A DNA stretch of 64,000 bases from an uncultured Planctomycetota bacterium (GTDB lineage Bacteria; Planctomycetota; Planctomycetia; Pirellulales; Lacipirellulaceae). Positions 43,731 to 53,822 of the stretch are shown piece by piece (position 1 is the first letter of the stretch; every line of letters begins with the position of its first letter). The translations under genes were made by a program, and so were the position numbers. Location of the stretch: assembly GCA_963719315.1 (NCBI GenBank), contig CAVRBU010000001.1:448001-512000 (forward strand). Reading direction: 5' to 3'. The notes under the pieces are model-generated. The model had not been told where the DNA came from and searched no databases. It saw only the letters and a list, made by a program, of their open reading frames with translations.

Positions 43731-43776
43731 AAAAAAAGGACCCGGTTGGCGCTGCGAGTGCACCCAACCGGGTCCT
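43731..43776 (-). terminator. Intrinsic terminator (minus strand)
   Basis: 13-bp stem AGGACCCGGTTGG/CCAACCGGGTCCT with T7 tract on the minus strand. Confidence 0.8.
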
Positions 43777-44105
43777 GCGATTTGGGGAGGACGGCCGCGG
43801 CTCGGGTATGGCATCATCCGGCTCAAGCGACGGATGGCGGGAATCGCCACGCCCAGCGGCTACTAATGGTCCGGCGAGCCGAGCCGGACATACGTCTCTC
43901 CCAAGTTGCACCAGTACCTGCGACTCGGCGCTTGGCACCCGGCAAACTTATGTGCCGGGCGCCCGTCGCGGCACCCATTCTCCCTGGTTATGTGAAACGT
44001 GCAGTATCCCGTGTTGGGCTAGGTCGCCTACTGCGGCGACAGTTTGCTTAGATTCACAAGCGGATTAGTTTTCGACGGAGCGACCTGCGGTCGGCTGGCG
44101 TCGTG
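43731..44105 (-). ncRNA. Candidate sigma54-dependent sRNA or small-ORF transcript
   Basis: Bracketed by a -24/-12 promoter and a terminator; several hairpins; no convincing long ORF. Confidence 0.45.
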
Positions 44106-44114
44106 CGTGAGATA

Positions 44115-44132
44115 ATGCAGTTGGCGTGCCAA
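44115..44132 (-). promoter_or_regulatory. Sigma54 (-24/-12) promoter
   Basis: TTGGCACGCCAACTGCAT against consensus TTGGCACGNNNNTTGCW. Confidence 0.7.
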
Positions 44133-44296
44133 ACAGGAGCATCGCCCGAATGGGACCAACGGCGAGTATTCGACGGCGACCCGGAATTGTGTTAAAACCG
44201 CGGCGTTTCTGGCGAATACAACTTCGGCGCGACGGAATTGATTCCCTCTAGGCTGCGTTCAAAAAGGTCAATGGTGTTGTACGATTTTCAAAACCA

Positions 44297-45427
44297 TTGC
44301 TGTCATTGCAATCACGTGGTTTTGTTGTGGATACCTGCTCGCCGAGCGAATCGCCTCGCAATCGCTCTCGGCGCTACTTCCGTTGTGAAGGATCTTCGGC
44401 TCCGGTAGTATTTGCCGCCTCTTTCGACTGTATCAGCTCGGTCGTCCCTTTCAGCACGCTCGAGAATTCACTCTTGCGCTCAGGATTCGATTCCCTGCGT
44501 CGGCCATTCGGCGGCGCTGCGAAAGCAGCGGCTGCGCGCTGGCCTGTTTTCTTAACGCTCGTGGCAGCGACGAGTTTGTTGCCTGGCTGCGCCATGCTCC
44601 GCCGTCGTGGTCAGAACCCGGAAGGCGTGGCCGTTGCCCGCGAGCTTTCTCGGCAGGGCGTTGCCGCCATGGAGGCGGGCAATTGGCAGCAAGCCGAAGA
44701 ATTGCTCAACAAAGCGGTTATCGGCGCTCCCGGTGATGCCGCGACGCGCCGCTCGCTGGCCGAGGTCATGTGGCACCGAGAGGCCCGGCAAGACGCCCTC
44801 GCGCAGATTGAAGAGGCCGTGCAAAAGGATCCAGGCAACGCAAGCTTGCAAGTGCGAGCCGGCGAGATGTCGCTCGCCGCCGGCGCCCGCGAGGATGCAT
44901 TGGCTCACGCGGAACGAGCAATTCGCAACGATCCAAATCTCTCGGAGGCCTGGGCTTTACGAGGGCGTTGCTTCCAGAGAATGAACCAACCCGATCGCGC
45001 ACTGGCCGACTTGCAGCACGCGCTCGAGTTTTCGCCGAACAACGCGGATGTGCTACTCGATGTAGCTACGATTTACCGCGAGCGCGGTCAGGCGGAACGT
45101 AGTCTTACGACGCTCCATCACCTGCTGGACACGTACTCTCCCGGAATAGAGCCGCAGAACGTGCTCACGCTCGAAGGCCTGGCACTCCTGGATTTAGGCC
45201 GCCCGCAGCAGGCGTGCGAGCCGCTGGCCGCTGCGATGCATCGCGGGCCGCCCAGCCCCGACGGGCTCTACTACCTGGCTCAGGCATATTCGGCGGCCGG
45301 TCAAATGGAGCAGGCCATCACGACCGCCCAGCAGGCGTTGGCGCTCAACGCGACCCACGAGCCGAGCCGGCAGCTCCTCGCGCAATTGGCGGCTCGGACG
45401 AGCCCTGGCGATGTGCAACGACGCTGA
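44297..45427 (+). CDS. TPR-repeat protein, probable lipoprotein (true start likely ~44474 or later)
   Basis: Lipobox-like LLPGC; multiple TPR units (AWALRGRCF...ALADLQHALEFSPNN). Confidence 0.85.
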   Translation: MLSLQSRGFVVDTCSPSESPRNRSRRYFRCEGSSAPVVFAASFDCISSVVPFSTLENSLLRSGFDSLRRPFGGAAKAAAARWPVFLTLVAATSLLPGCAMLRRRGQNPEGVAVARELSRQGVAAMEAGNWQQAEELLNKAVIGAPGDAATRRSLAEVMWHREARQDALAQIEEAVQKDPGNASLQVRAGEMSLAAGAREDALAHAERAIRNDPNLSEAWALRGRCFQRMNQPDRALADLQHALEFSPNNADVLLDVATIYRERGQAERSLTTLHHLLDTYSPGIEPQNVLTLEGLALLDLGRPQQACEPLAAAMHRGPPSPDGLYYLAQAYSAAGQMEQAITTAQQALALNATHEPSRQLLAQLAARTSPGDVQRR

Positions 45428-45582
45428 CGGCATTACCGCTACGATCGCGCAAGTCGGCCATTATACAGATTCCGCGCCGTCGATTTGCTTGCGCACGATC
45501 TGCAACGTATGTTTTTGCGGGCTATTCTCGAAATCGCCCCCTGCCACTGCATCCCACCCGGCATCGTTAGGAGACCCGCCAA

Positions 45583-45810
45583 ATGTCCGCGACCGCAACC
45601 GAATCCTTCGTCGACCGCCGAGGCCACGCATCGGCCGGAAGCGAACCGATGTTTGAGCGCCGCCAATTCGCCAACAGCTACGAAGAGCTGTCGCCGGACG
45701 CCGCCGACTTGGCCCGGGCAATCGACGGCTATAAGGTTCAGCACCGGCGGCGGTTCGTGACCTTCGAAGAAATGCTGGCGATTATCAAATCGCTGGGCTA
45801 TTCGAGGTAG
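45583..45810 (+). CDS. Small hypothetical protein
   Basis: AGGAG RBS; ERRQFANSYEELSPDA...AIDGYKVQHRRRFVTFEEML. Confidence 0.75.
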   Translation: MSATATESFVDRRGHASAGSEPMFERRQFANSYEELSPDAADLARAIDGYKVQHRRRFVTFEEMLAIIKSLGYSR

Positions 45811-45865
45811 TCATTTGTTCGTTGTTGTGGATAGTTGCTTTCCGACAACTAACAAAAACCACGGC

Positions 45866-47659
45866 TCATTCTTCCCGCGTCGTAGCGCGCCCGGTAGCGA
45901 CATCGAACACGTCGATCGCCGGCACCAGCATTGCCCAGGTGGCGAACCCGTAAGTCGCAACGGATAGCAGAAAGACCGCGGCGAAGTTGCCTACAAGGTA
46001 GCTTGTTATCGCGATAATTGTGGCAAATGGCGCTGCACCTGCCACGATCGTGAGCGCCGTCGATCGCACGCGCCAATTCAAGGCGACGTACAGCCCGACG
46101 CTTCCGCCCAAGATGAAACCCAGAAACGTCGAGAACTGGTTTTCAAAGGAGTTACTGAAGGCGAGCATGATCCGCATGCAGGTCGCCACGCCGAGAAACA
46201 GGAATAGAATCGTGCCGATGCTCGTGGCGATCGCCGTCCGCGAGTTAGCGTAGTTGATGCCCATATGGATGCCGAGCATGGCGGCAAATGCGTTCATGAC
46301 CGCGATCCCGCTCAGCAAGAATGCAAAGTTCTCGGTCGAAATGGCGTCGATGAACCACAGATACAAGCACAACGCCACGGGCAGCAGAATCATCTCTTTG
46401 GCGTTATAAAAAGCCCCGCCCAACTTGCCGAATACTATTTCCTTCGGCGAGAGATCGGTGACTAGCAGCAAGTCCAGCGCCCGGCCATCGCGCTCGTTGG
46501 TGAGCGACGTAACCGCGAGTGCATTGAGCAAAATCAGTCCCACGACCAGCAGCGTGACGAGTGGCTTGGCCGCGGCGGGAATTGCCCGGTCGGGCGCGGC
46601 GCCGGCTGAGTTTTGTGCCACGAGCGCCAAGGCGCAAATCAAGAACACGGCCCAATACGCAAGTCGAATAACGAGAATTCGCTTACCGTAGGCCCAAGTC
46701 CGAATCTCGCGCCACAGGATGGGGTTGTCCCACACTTGCCGGGTCCGGCCCCCGGCGCCGTGAATCGCCACAGCCGACTTCGTAACGGTCGCCGTCCCGC
46801 CGACAGCGGCCGACTCCTGCGGCGGCTCTTCCTCAACGCGCGGCAGTAGTTCCTGCCGTGGATTCCAAACCCGCACGCGCACGATCGCAACGATATTCAG
46901 TACCGCCGCAATCCCGACCGACGTGATTAAGAACATCGATACGGGATCCACGAACGTCCGTCCTGCATCCGAGCTTGGAAACACAGGTCGAGCAGCTTCC
47001 TGGACGGCCTGCCATGGGCTCATCGCCACGGCCCACGATGTGACCGGAAATCCGAACCACATCGCGTCCCCTGCACCGGCGGCCACAACCTCCCAAGCCA
47101 CGAGCCACAGCACCAGAATCAAGGCCGTCATTGCCAACGCCTGAAAAGTCTTCTCACGCCAAAGGGCAATGGTCGAACCCAAACTGCCCGCAAGAAAGGT
47201 GCTGGCCAATAGGACGGCCTCCGTCCGAAGGATCTGACTCGTTGAGACGCCGCCCAACAGAGTCACGATCAATAACAGCGGCAACGTGGACACCACGACC
47301 ACTATGACGGACAACATCCCGGCCAGCAGCTTGCCAAGCACCAAGTCTGAATTGGAAAGATTGGTTAGCAGCAGCAGATCCAACGTCTTGCGGTCCTTTT
47401 CCAGGGCAACAGCCGAGGCGACCAAAAGGGCTGAAAACGGCATGGCGACCGCCAACAGCAAGGGCGCGAGAATCTGAAACGCCGCGGCGCCGAACCACGC
47501 CAGATCGCCGACATTTTCAATCAGCTGCGACCCAATTAGAAGTTGCCACGCCGTCAGCGTCAGCGCGAACAGGGCCCCGGCCATCAGAGTTCGGGCCGCG
47601 AAAAAAGACACTCGCCTCGGGGCGACCGCCGCTTCGCGCGTAAACATGGGCCCGATCAC
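45866..47659 (-). CDS. ABC-2-type transporter permease (duplicated domain)
   Basis: Two copies of E(K/R)DxxTLDLLLxTxLSxxxxVxGKL; many TM helices. Confidence 0.88.
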   Translation of the reverse strand: MIGPMFTREAAVAPRRVSFFAARTLMAGALFALTLTAWQLLIGSQLIENVGDLAWFGAAAFQILAPLLLAVAMPFSALLVASAVALEKDRKTLDLLLLTNLSNSDLVLGKLLAGMLSVIVVVVSTLPLLLIVTLLGGVSTSQILRTEAVLLASTFLAGSLGSTIALWREKTFQALAMTALILVLWLVAWEVVAAGAGDAMWFGFPVTSWAVAMSPWQAVQEAARPVFPSSDAGRTFVDPVSMFLITSVGIAAVLNIVAIVRVRVWNPRQELLPRVEEEPPQESAAVGGTATVTKSAVAIHGAGGRTRQVWDNPILWREIRTWAYGKRILVIRLAYWAVFLICALALVAQNSAGAAPDRAIPAAAKPLVTLLVVGLILLNALAVTSLTNERDGRALDLLLVTDLSPKEIVFGKLGGAFYNAKEMILLPVALCLYLWFIDAISTENFAFLLSGIAVMNAFAAMLGIHMGINYANSRTAIATSIGTILFLFLGVATCMRIMLAFSNSFENQFSTFLGFILGGSVGLYVALNWRVRSTALTIVAGAAPFATIIAITSYLVGNFAAVFLLSVATYGFATWAMLVPAIDVFDVATGRATTREE

Positions 47660-47893
47660 GTGCCGATCCCGCAGGCTAGTGGATGCGTAGAGAACTAATT
47701 AGAGCGTCTAAACAACTAGGCCGCGGACTGTCCCCTTCTCCGAGGCCGCAAAATTCCTGTCCTAGATTTGCCTTCAATGCCTGCCCGCCGGAGCAAAAAT
47801 CTCTACAATCAATCATAACCCAAGGGCGGGGTGGTCAGCCATCGCGTCACTTATCCTTCTAAGTCGTCTTTTTTTGCCACGTGAGGTTTTAAC

Positions 47894-49297
47894 ATGATCG
47901 AACAGTCTTGTCGTTTACCGGCTTCGAAGTTTCAAGCCGGATTCCGATTCCGAACCGCTTTGTTGTGCGTGGCATCCGCTGTGGCGATTTTCAGCAGTCG
48001 GGCTGCCCAGGCCCAGATTACGACCAAAATACTCATCGGCGATTCCATCTCGGATATCGGCAACCGCTTTGGCGATGTCGACGAAGCCATCAAACGATTC
48101 ATGAATCGCGACGTGCTGGCCGCCCGCCAGTTCCTCGAATCGGCGGAGAAGAAAGAACCGAAGTTGCCGCCAGTCGATCTGCTGCTGGCAAAAATGTACT
48201 TCCTCACGAACAACCCGACTGCCGGACGAGTTTCGCTGGAAAAGACGGCGATGGATAACCCCGAAGACCCGGAAGCTTATCTCATCCTGGCCGATCAAGC
48301 GATGCAGCAAGGGCGCATCATTGAAGCCGACGCCCTCTACGAGCGCGGCCTGGCCATGGTCTCGAAATTCACGGAAAACGCCAAGCGAAAGCGAAACTTG
48401 GAGATTCGCGCTCGCAGCGGGCGGGCGCTCGTCGATCAGCGCCGCAAGAACTGGGACGCTGCCGTCGCCGACCTTAAGGCGATTCTGGTGTTGGATCCGG
48501 AAAGCGCCGTTACGCACTATCGATTGGGCCAATCGCTCTTCATGCAGAAGCAATACCAGGATGGTTTCAACGAATTCACCGCGGCAAAAAAGTTAGACAC
48601 GGATAAGAATCTGCCCGATCCGAACGTAGCGGCCGCGTTGTTGTTCGAACAACTCAAGGAATCTTCAAAAGCGCAGCAGGCCTTCGATCGTGCCTTAGCC
48701 GCCAACAAAACCGACCCGACTGTGATCGCTAGTTACGCGCAGTGGTTAATTCGGTCCGGTACCCCGGAAGCTCTCACCAAAGCCGAAACGATGCTGGCCG
48801 AAGCTCGCAAGGCCAACCCGGGAAATCTCAACTTGCTGATCCTCAGCGGCGTTACCGCCCGAATGCTCAAGAAGATGAAACCGGCCGAAGATTACTTCGT
48901 CGAAGCGCACGGCATCGCGCCGGGCAATAGCGAAGTCATCAACCAATTAGCCTTGCTGCTGATCGAACAATCCGATCAGGCGAAACGCGACCGAGCGCTT
49001 CAATTCGCAAGTATTAGTGCGCAGCTTAACAATCAAAATGCGGATGCGCAAATCACGGCCGCCTGGGTACTGTATCAATTGGGCCGCACTGGCGATGCCG
49101 AAACCACGTTGAGAAATGGTCTCCAATTGGGCAATCTTAGTCCCGATAGCAGTTATTTAGTCGCAAAGATCCTGGTCGAGCAGAACCGGGCGGATTCGGC
49201 AAAGCCTATTCTCGTCCAGGCGCTGGACACCGATTACCCCGGCATATTCGTCTACCGCAAAGAGGCCCAGGCACTGCTTGATTCGTTGTCGAAGTAA
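47894..49297 (+). CDS. Secreted TPR-repeat protein
   Basis: GAGG RBS, signal peptide, TPR units throughout. Confidence 0.85.
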   Translation: MIEQSCRLPASKFQAGFRFRTALLCVASAVAIFSSRAAQAQITTKILIGDSISDIGNRFGDVDEAIKRFMNRDVLAARQFLESAEKKEPKLPPVDLLLAKMYFLTNNPTAGRVSLEKTAMDNPEDPEAYLILADQAMQQGRIIEADALYERGLAMVSKFTENAKRKRNLEIRARSGRALVDQRRKNWDAAVADLKAILVLDPESAVTHYRLGQSLFMQKQYQDGFNEFTAAKKLDTDKNLPDPNVAAALLFEQLKESSKAQQAFDRALAANKTDPTVIASYAQWLIRSGTPEALTKAETMLAEARKANPGNLNLLILSGVTARMLKKMKPAEDYFVEAHGIAPGNSEVINQLALLLIEQSDQAKRDRALQFASISAQLNNQNADAQITAAWVLYQLGRTGDAETTLRNGLQLGNLSPDSSYLVAKILVEQNRADSAKPILVQALDTDYPGIFVYRKEAQALLDSLSK

Positions 49298-49311
49298 CAA
49301 ACAGTGCGCGC

Positions 49312-49355
49312 AAAAAAAGGTCATGGCAAGCCGATCCGTCGCCTTGCCATGACCT
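49312..49355 (-). terminator. Intrinsic (possibly bidirectional) terminator
   Basis: AGGTCATGGCAAG/CTTGCCATGACCT stem with A7 on the + side, between convergent genes. Confidence 0.75.
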
Positions 49356-49530
49356 CTATCCTGAAGCAAAACACGGTGTGCTTTGCCCTCCCGTTATGTT
49401 AGTAATATCGGCGCAATGAGCGCAGCCGCCATAAGACCAAACGGCCGTACATCGCAAATCGCCCGAATTTCGCCCCGTGCGACGCGAAAGTTTTCGGGCC
49501 TGCGCGATTGTAAAGGCAGCCAGCGCGGCG

Positions 49531-49938
49531 TTATGGCCTACGAGAAGGGGCTGGACCGCCGGGAGGCAACGCGAGGTTGCCGCCCAAATCCATTTCATTG
49601 GGCACGCGCCCCAGCCGTTCGAACTGTACGGGCTCGAATCCAGCAGCCGCATTGGCCGAATACGGCACAGAGCCATATTGGCCCCCGCCACCCGCCGGCT
49701 CGCTGCTTTCGCCAAAACCGCCCGAGCCACAGCTTCCGGGCGTCCGCGGAACGTAATACTGACTTAGCGGCTTGGCGAGATCGTTCGGTCCATACCAGGT
49801 TCGGGCCCACATGTAGCGCGTGTGCCCATCCAAGATGTAGCTGCACTGTCCCCACCAGGCGCAGCAATTAGAAGTCAAAATCGCAAAGGCCGCGAGCGGC
49901 ACAAAAACTCGGATGAATTTTGAAGGATTGAAACTCAT
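49531..49938 (-). CDS. Small secreted hypothetical protein
   Basis: GGAGG RBS; signal peptide; aromatic-rich then Gly/Pro-rich. Confidence 0.6.
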   Translation of the reverse strand: MSFNPSKFIRVFVPLAAFAILTSNCCAWWGQCSYILDGHTRYMWARTWYGPNDLAKPLSQYYVPRTPGSCGSGGFGESSEPAGGGGQYGSVPYSANAAAGFEPVQFERLGRVPNEMDLGGNLALPPGGPAPSRRP

Positions 49939-50284
49939 AGAGACCCTCCGTGGTTCAAAGTCGCGCGATAGCGCGGCGATATACAAGGATGCCCCACGCT
50001 AGAGCCCAAAGCAAATCCGACGGTGAACGTTTCGCCGCGATTTTTGCAGCGCCCCAAACTACGACCGATCTTCTTGGAAAATTTTTCGTAGTCGACGAAA
50101 GCTATGTGGTCGTCAGAGTTTGCCTCCGACCGGCTTTGCCCAGAAAGTAGGTCCCGATTGCCGAGCGGGACCTGAACCTGCTCTATATCATCGCGAATTC
50201 TCTCAGATCCTTCCCAGCAGTAGGAACTTACCAAGACTTTGTGGGCAAAGCTCGTCCGACCCACGAGATGGCGCGGCACACGAG

Positions 50285-52115
50285 TCAGGCCGCTTCCGGC
50301 GTGGCATTGCCCTGCGAATCGAGATTAAACAACGAAAAGATTTCCTCGCGCGATAGACAGGAGCTGGGCACCGCGATGTCGTCGTGGAACACCGCGTCGA
50401 ATAACGCCCGCTTTCGCTCCAGCACTTCGTGAATCCGTTGCTCAATCGTGTCGAGCGCCAGAAACCGCGTGATGGTGACCGACCGCTTCGCGCCGATCCG
50501 ATGCGCACGGTTGATCGCCTGATCCTCGACGGCTGGGTTCCACCAGCGGTCGTAGAGGAATACATAGCTGGCGAATTGCAAGTTAAGGCCAACACCACCG
50601 GCTCCGTACGACATCAAGATGGCGTGGCAATCGGGATCATCGCGAAACTTGCCGATCACGCCGTCTCGTCGACGGTTCGGCACTTTACCGTGATACTCGA
50701 CCGGATTAAACCGCGCAAGTCGCGAACTCAACTCGGTAATCGTTTCCACCCACTGGCTGAAAACGATCGCCTTGCGACCGCTGGCCGCGCATTCTTCCAA
50801 ATCGGCCTCGAGCCGCTCGTACTTGCTGCTTGCGCCAGTAACTGGGTCGAAATTGCAGATTTGCTTGAGCCGCAACACCAGTTCGAACACATGTTGAATC
50901 GTGAGCTCTTGTTTCATTTCGCGTAGACGCACGATCCCCTCGTCCTCGGCCAACCGATAGGACTCAACTTGCTCGGGCGACAGATACACGTCGGCGTCCC
51001 GAAACATCTTGGGCGGTAGATCGGTAAGGACCTGGTCCTTGGTGCGGCGAAGCACGTAGTCGGACACCGCGCGGCCGACGGCCCGCGGCTTCATCTTCGC
51101 GACGAGCTGGCCTGGAGCTACGAATTCGAAGATGCCGCGCAAATCTTCGACGCTGTTTTCAATCGGCGTTCCCGTAATCGCCCAACTGCGCGCGCGGGAT
51201 AGAGCGAACGATTTCATTCGTCGTGCTGGCGGAGTTCTTGATTCGCTGCGACTCGTCGAGCACGACCAGATCGTACTGGTTGTCCGGATGGCAAACCTCG
51301 TCTCGATCGCGAACGACCGTCTCATAATTCGCGAGCGTGACGACGTCTCCGTTTGCCCGCCAGAGCCATTGCCGGCGAGTCGGTCCCCCCTCAATCGAAC
51401 CAACGGTCAACTCCGGTGCCCATTGAGCGAATTCGCGCTGCCAATTCGTCACGAGCGGCTTGGGGCACACCAAGAGCACCCTCCGCAGTTGGCCTTGATG
51501 CACCAGCAGCCGAATCGCCGTGATAGCCTGCATCGTTTTGCCGAGTCCCATCTCGTCCGCCAGCACTGCCCGGTGGCGTGGATACAAAAAGGCCACGCCA
51601 TCTAGCTGAAAGCTGAACGGGGTGCAGGCAAATCGTAGGTCCGATGCCGTGAGCAACGACTCCAGCGGCGGCTGGAGCAAGAGCCGAAGTCGATCTTCCA
51701 GCTTGATCAAGTCGTGCGGAGGCCGAATTCTCGTGGCACCGCCGGCAGGCTGGGCGGCCGTTGGCATTGTTGAAGTCGATTCGACCACCAGTTGCATCAA
51801 TCCGCCGAGCGAGTTTTGTGCGACTTTTTCTGCCCGGGCTGGCACAATCTCTTTGCTCTGCACAAACATGCAGCCGATGGTCCGCACGCGCTGTGGCTCA
51901 AGTGGCGTAGAGATCACACCCGCCGGAGCTATGCTAAACGCCTCACTGCCAATACTTGTGCCAAACTCGAATTGCAGCGGCAGCTCAAAGTCTTCCGGGC
52001 CAGAGGGCAGAAAAGAATGGGACCGGTCGACGATGATCGCGCACGGTTTGAGTTCGTCTCGATCGATCGACCAAGACGGAGGCGGGTCGCTTCTACGTTC
52101 AGGCAGCCTGGTCAT
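50285..52115 (-). CDS. SNF2/SWI2-family helicase-like ATPase; frameshift near 51190
   Basis: LADEMGLGKT, LDESQRIKN, TGTPIEN, LRRTK, IVFSQW, GGVGLNL, WWNPAVEDQAINRAHRIG. Confidence 0.93.
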
Positions 52116-52662
52116 TTGCATTCGTGCAGCGTCCGCCGATCCGCTGCGCTTCGCGGATCGCTTCATGAATGCGACCGAAGGGCTCCGCTAGGTCCACATG
52201 TCGCACGAGCTGCGCGACCAAGACGGCAACCGCTTCTCGATCGCTCTCGAACCCCATAGCGAACTGTAAATCGTAGCCACCGCAATTCACCGCGCGCGAT
52301 TGTCCGCAAACGGCGCCTAACGAAAGCTGCTCGTTCTTTGTCAGAATCAATGCGATTGGCACGATAGATTGAGATTGTGCATGCAATACGGCTTCGCAAT
52401 CCGTGAGGATCATCGAAGCCGACAGTTTTGCCGTGCTCAATAGTGCGCCGCAAATTTGCTCGCCAAACAAATACGGCTGCAGCGTGGGTCCATACAGGAT
52501 CTGTTGGGCGCGGCTCGGGCGAATCGGCGCAGTGCAGTGAAACTCCAACGGGCGGCCCAAACCGGAAACAATGAGGTAACCGCCAAAATAGCCGTATTCG
52601 GTCGATTCGACCGTCGACAAATAGCCGAAAGTCCTTTCCTGGATGATGTTTGCGTGCGGCAT
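52099..52662 (-). CDS. Hypothetical protein overlapping the SNF2 start
   Basis: GGYLIVSGLGRPLEFHCTAPIRPSRAQQILYGPTL; DLAEPFGRIHEAIREA. Confidence 0.75.
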   Translation of the reverse strand: MPHANIIQERTFGYLSTVESTEYGYFGGYLIVSGLGRPLEFHCTAPIRPSRAQQILYGPTLQPYLFGEQICGALLSTAKLSASMILTDCEAVLHAQSQSIVPIALILTKNEQLSLGAVCGQSRAVNCGGYDLQFAMGFESDREAVAVLVAQLVRHVDLAEPFGRIHEAIREAQRIGGRCTNANDQAA

Positions 52663-53180
52663 GGCGAGTTGGAGGGGCGGGGATTTGCGTTAGACCGGGC
52701 AATTTGGGTAATAACTGCCGGCGGTCCACGGGGTGGTTCGCACAGAATCCATCGGGACCGCTTCGGAACCGACTTTAGAGCGAGACGGACGAACGTCCCC
52801 GATCGCGCCCTAAGTTGGTACGGGCGTGAGGCATTCGCATTTCGGGATTTCGACACGCCAGCGTCCCTCAGGAAAACCATCGCGGAATCCTGGAAACTGA
52901 TTTAAGTTTTCGTTAGACTAAGATTCAGACGGTGGAGAGAGGTTGCCGCTACGGATGGGAGAGTTCGTGGTCCGTAGACGCTGCCCGTATGATCTTTCGC
53001 CGCTGCGGTTGCTTCGGGCGGCCAAATGTACGACGCAGACCAGGATCATCGGATCGGGCTGTATCTGGGAGAGTAGTTTGAATTCTGGTTTGGGGTAGCG
53101 CCGCGACCGTTTGATTCCCGTATTCTTGCTTGCGGCAACATCGTTCGACGAATTGTCATCAACTCAGGACTCGATTGGTC

Positions 53181-53648
53181 ATGTCAAGCACTCGCCGTTC
53201 CGCAGCATCGCTCTTTTCACAGGTAGATGTTTCTACCGCCACTCACACGCATCCGGTGATGTCGTCTCGCGAGGAGCAGACTGAGTTGTTGAGAGAGGTT
53301 TTGGCGGCGCAGGACCGCACTAACGAATTACTGGAAGATCTCAGCGGCGTTTTGGCGGCTACGCAGAAGCAACGCGCGAGCGAATTGAGTCAATGGCGAA
53401 ATGCCCATCCAGCCCTGGCCAGCGCCTGCCGGGAGGCGGCCGAGGCCCTCACTCGCGTACAGATCGAGTATCTTGAACGCCTGACCGAAGAGATCAACGA
53501 TACCAGCGACGACATGATCGAGGGCGAATTCCTGCTCAATGAATTCGTCGATCGCTATGGACCTCGCCTCGCGCATTTGAACGGCGTGATTCAGGTCTTG
53601 GCCCAACTGAGCAGCGTGCCCAATCCTGCGAATTCGCAGTCCAACTAG
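53181..53648 (+). CDS. Helical hypothetical protein
   Basis: Coiled-coil-like ORF; EFVDRYGPRLAHLNG motif. Confidence 0.75.
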   Translation: MSSTRRSAASLFSQVDVSTATHTHPVMSSREEQTELLREVLAAQDRTNELLEDLSGVLAATQKQRASELSQWRNAHPALASACREAAEALTRVQIEYLERLTEEINDTSDDMIEGEFLLNEFVDRYGPRLAHLNGVIQVLAQLSSVPNPANSQSN

Positions 53649-53822
53649 TTGCTCGCCGCTTAGCGGATCTCCAGCAGCGATGCCCCCGCCATCCGCGGGC
53701 CATTTTACTGCGCATTCGCCAGCCCTAAGGCTGACGCTCTACGTCGCGCCTACCAGCCCGCCGGCACTCGTGATAAGCTAAACTCGCACGATCGATGCCG
53801 CCAACCAACCCCCGCCTACGTC

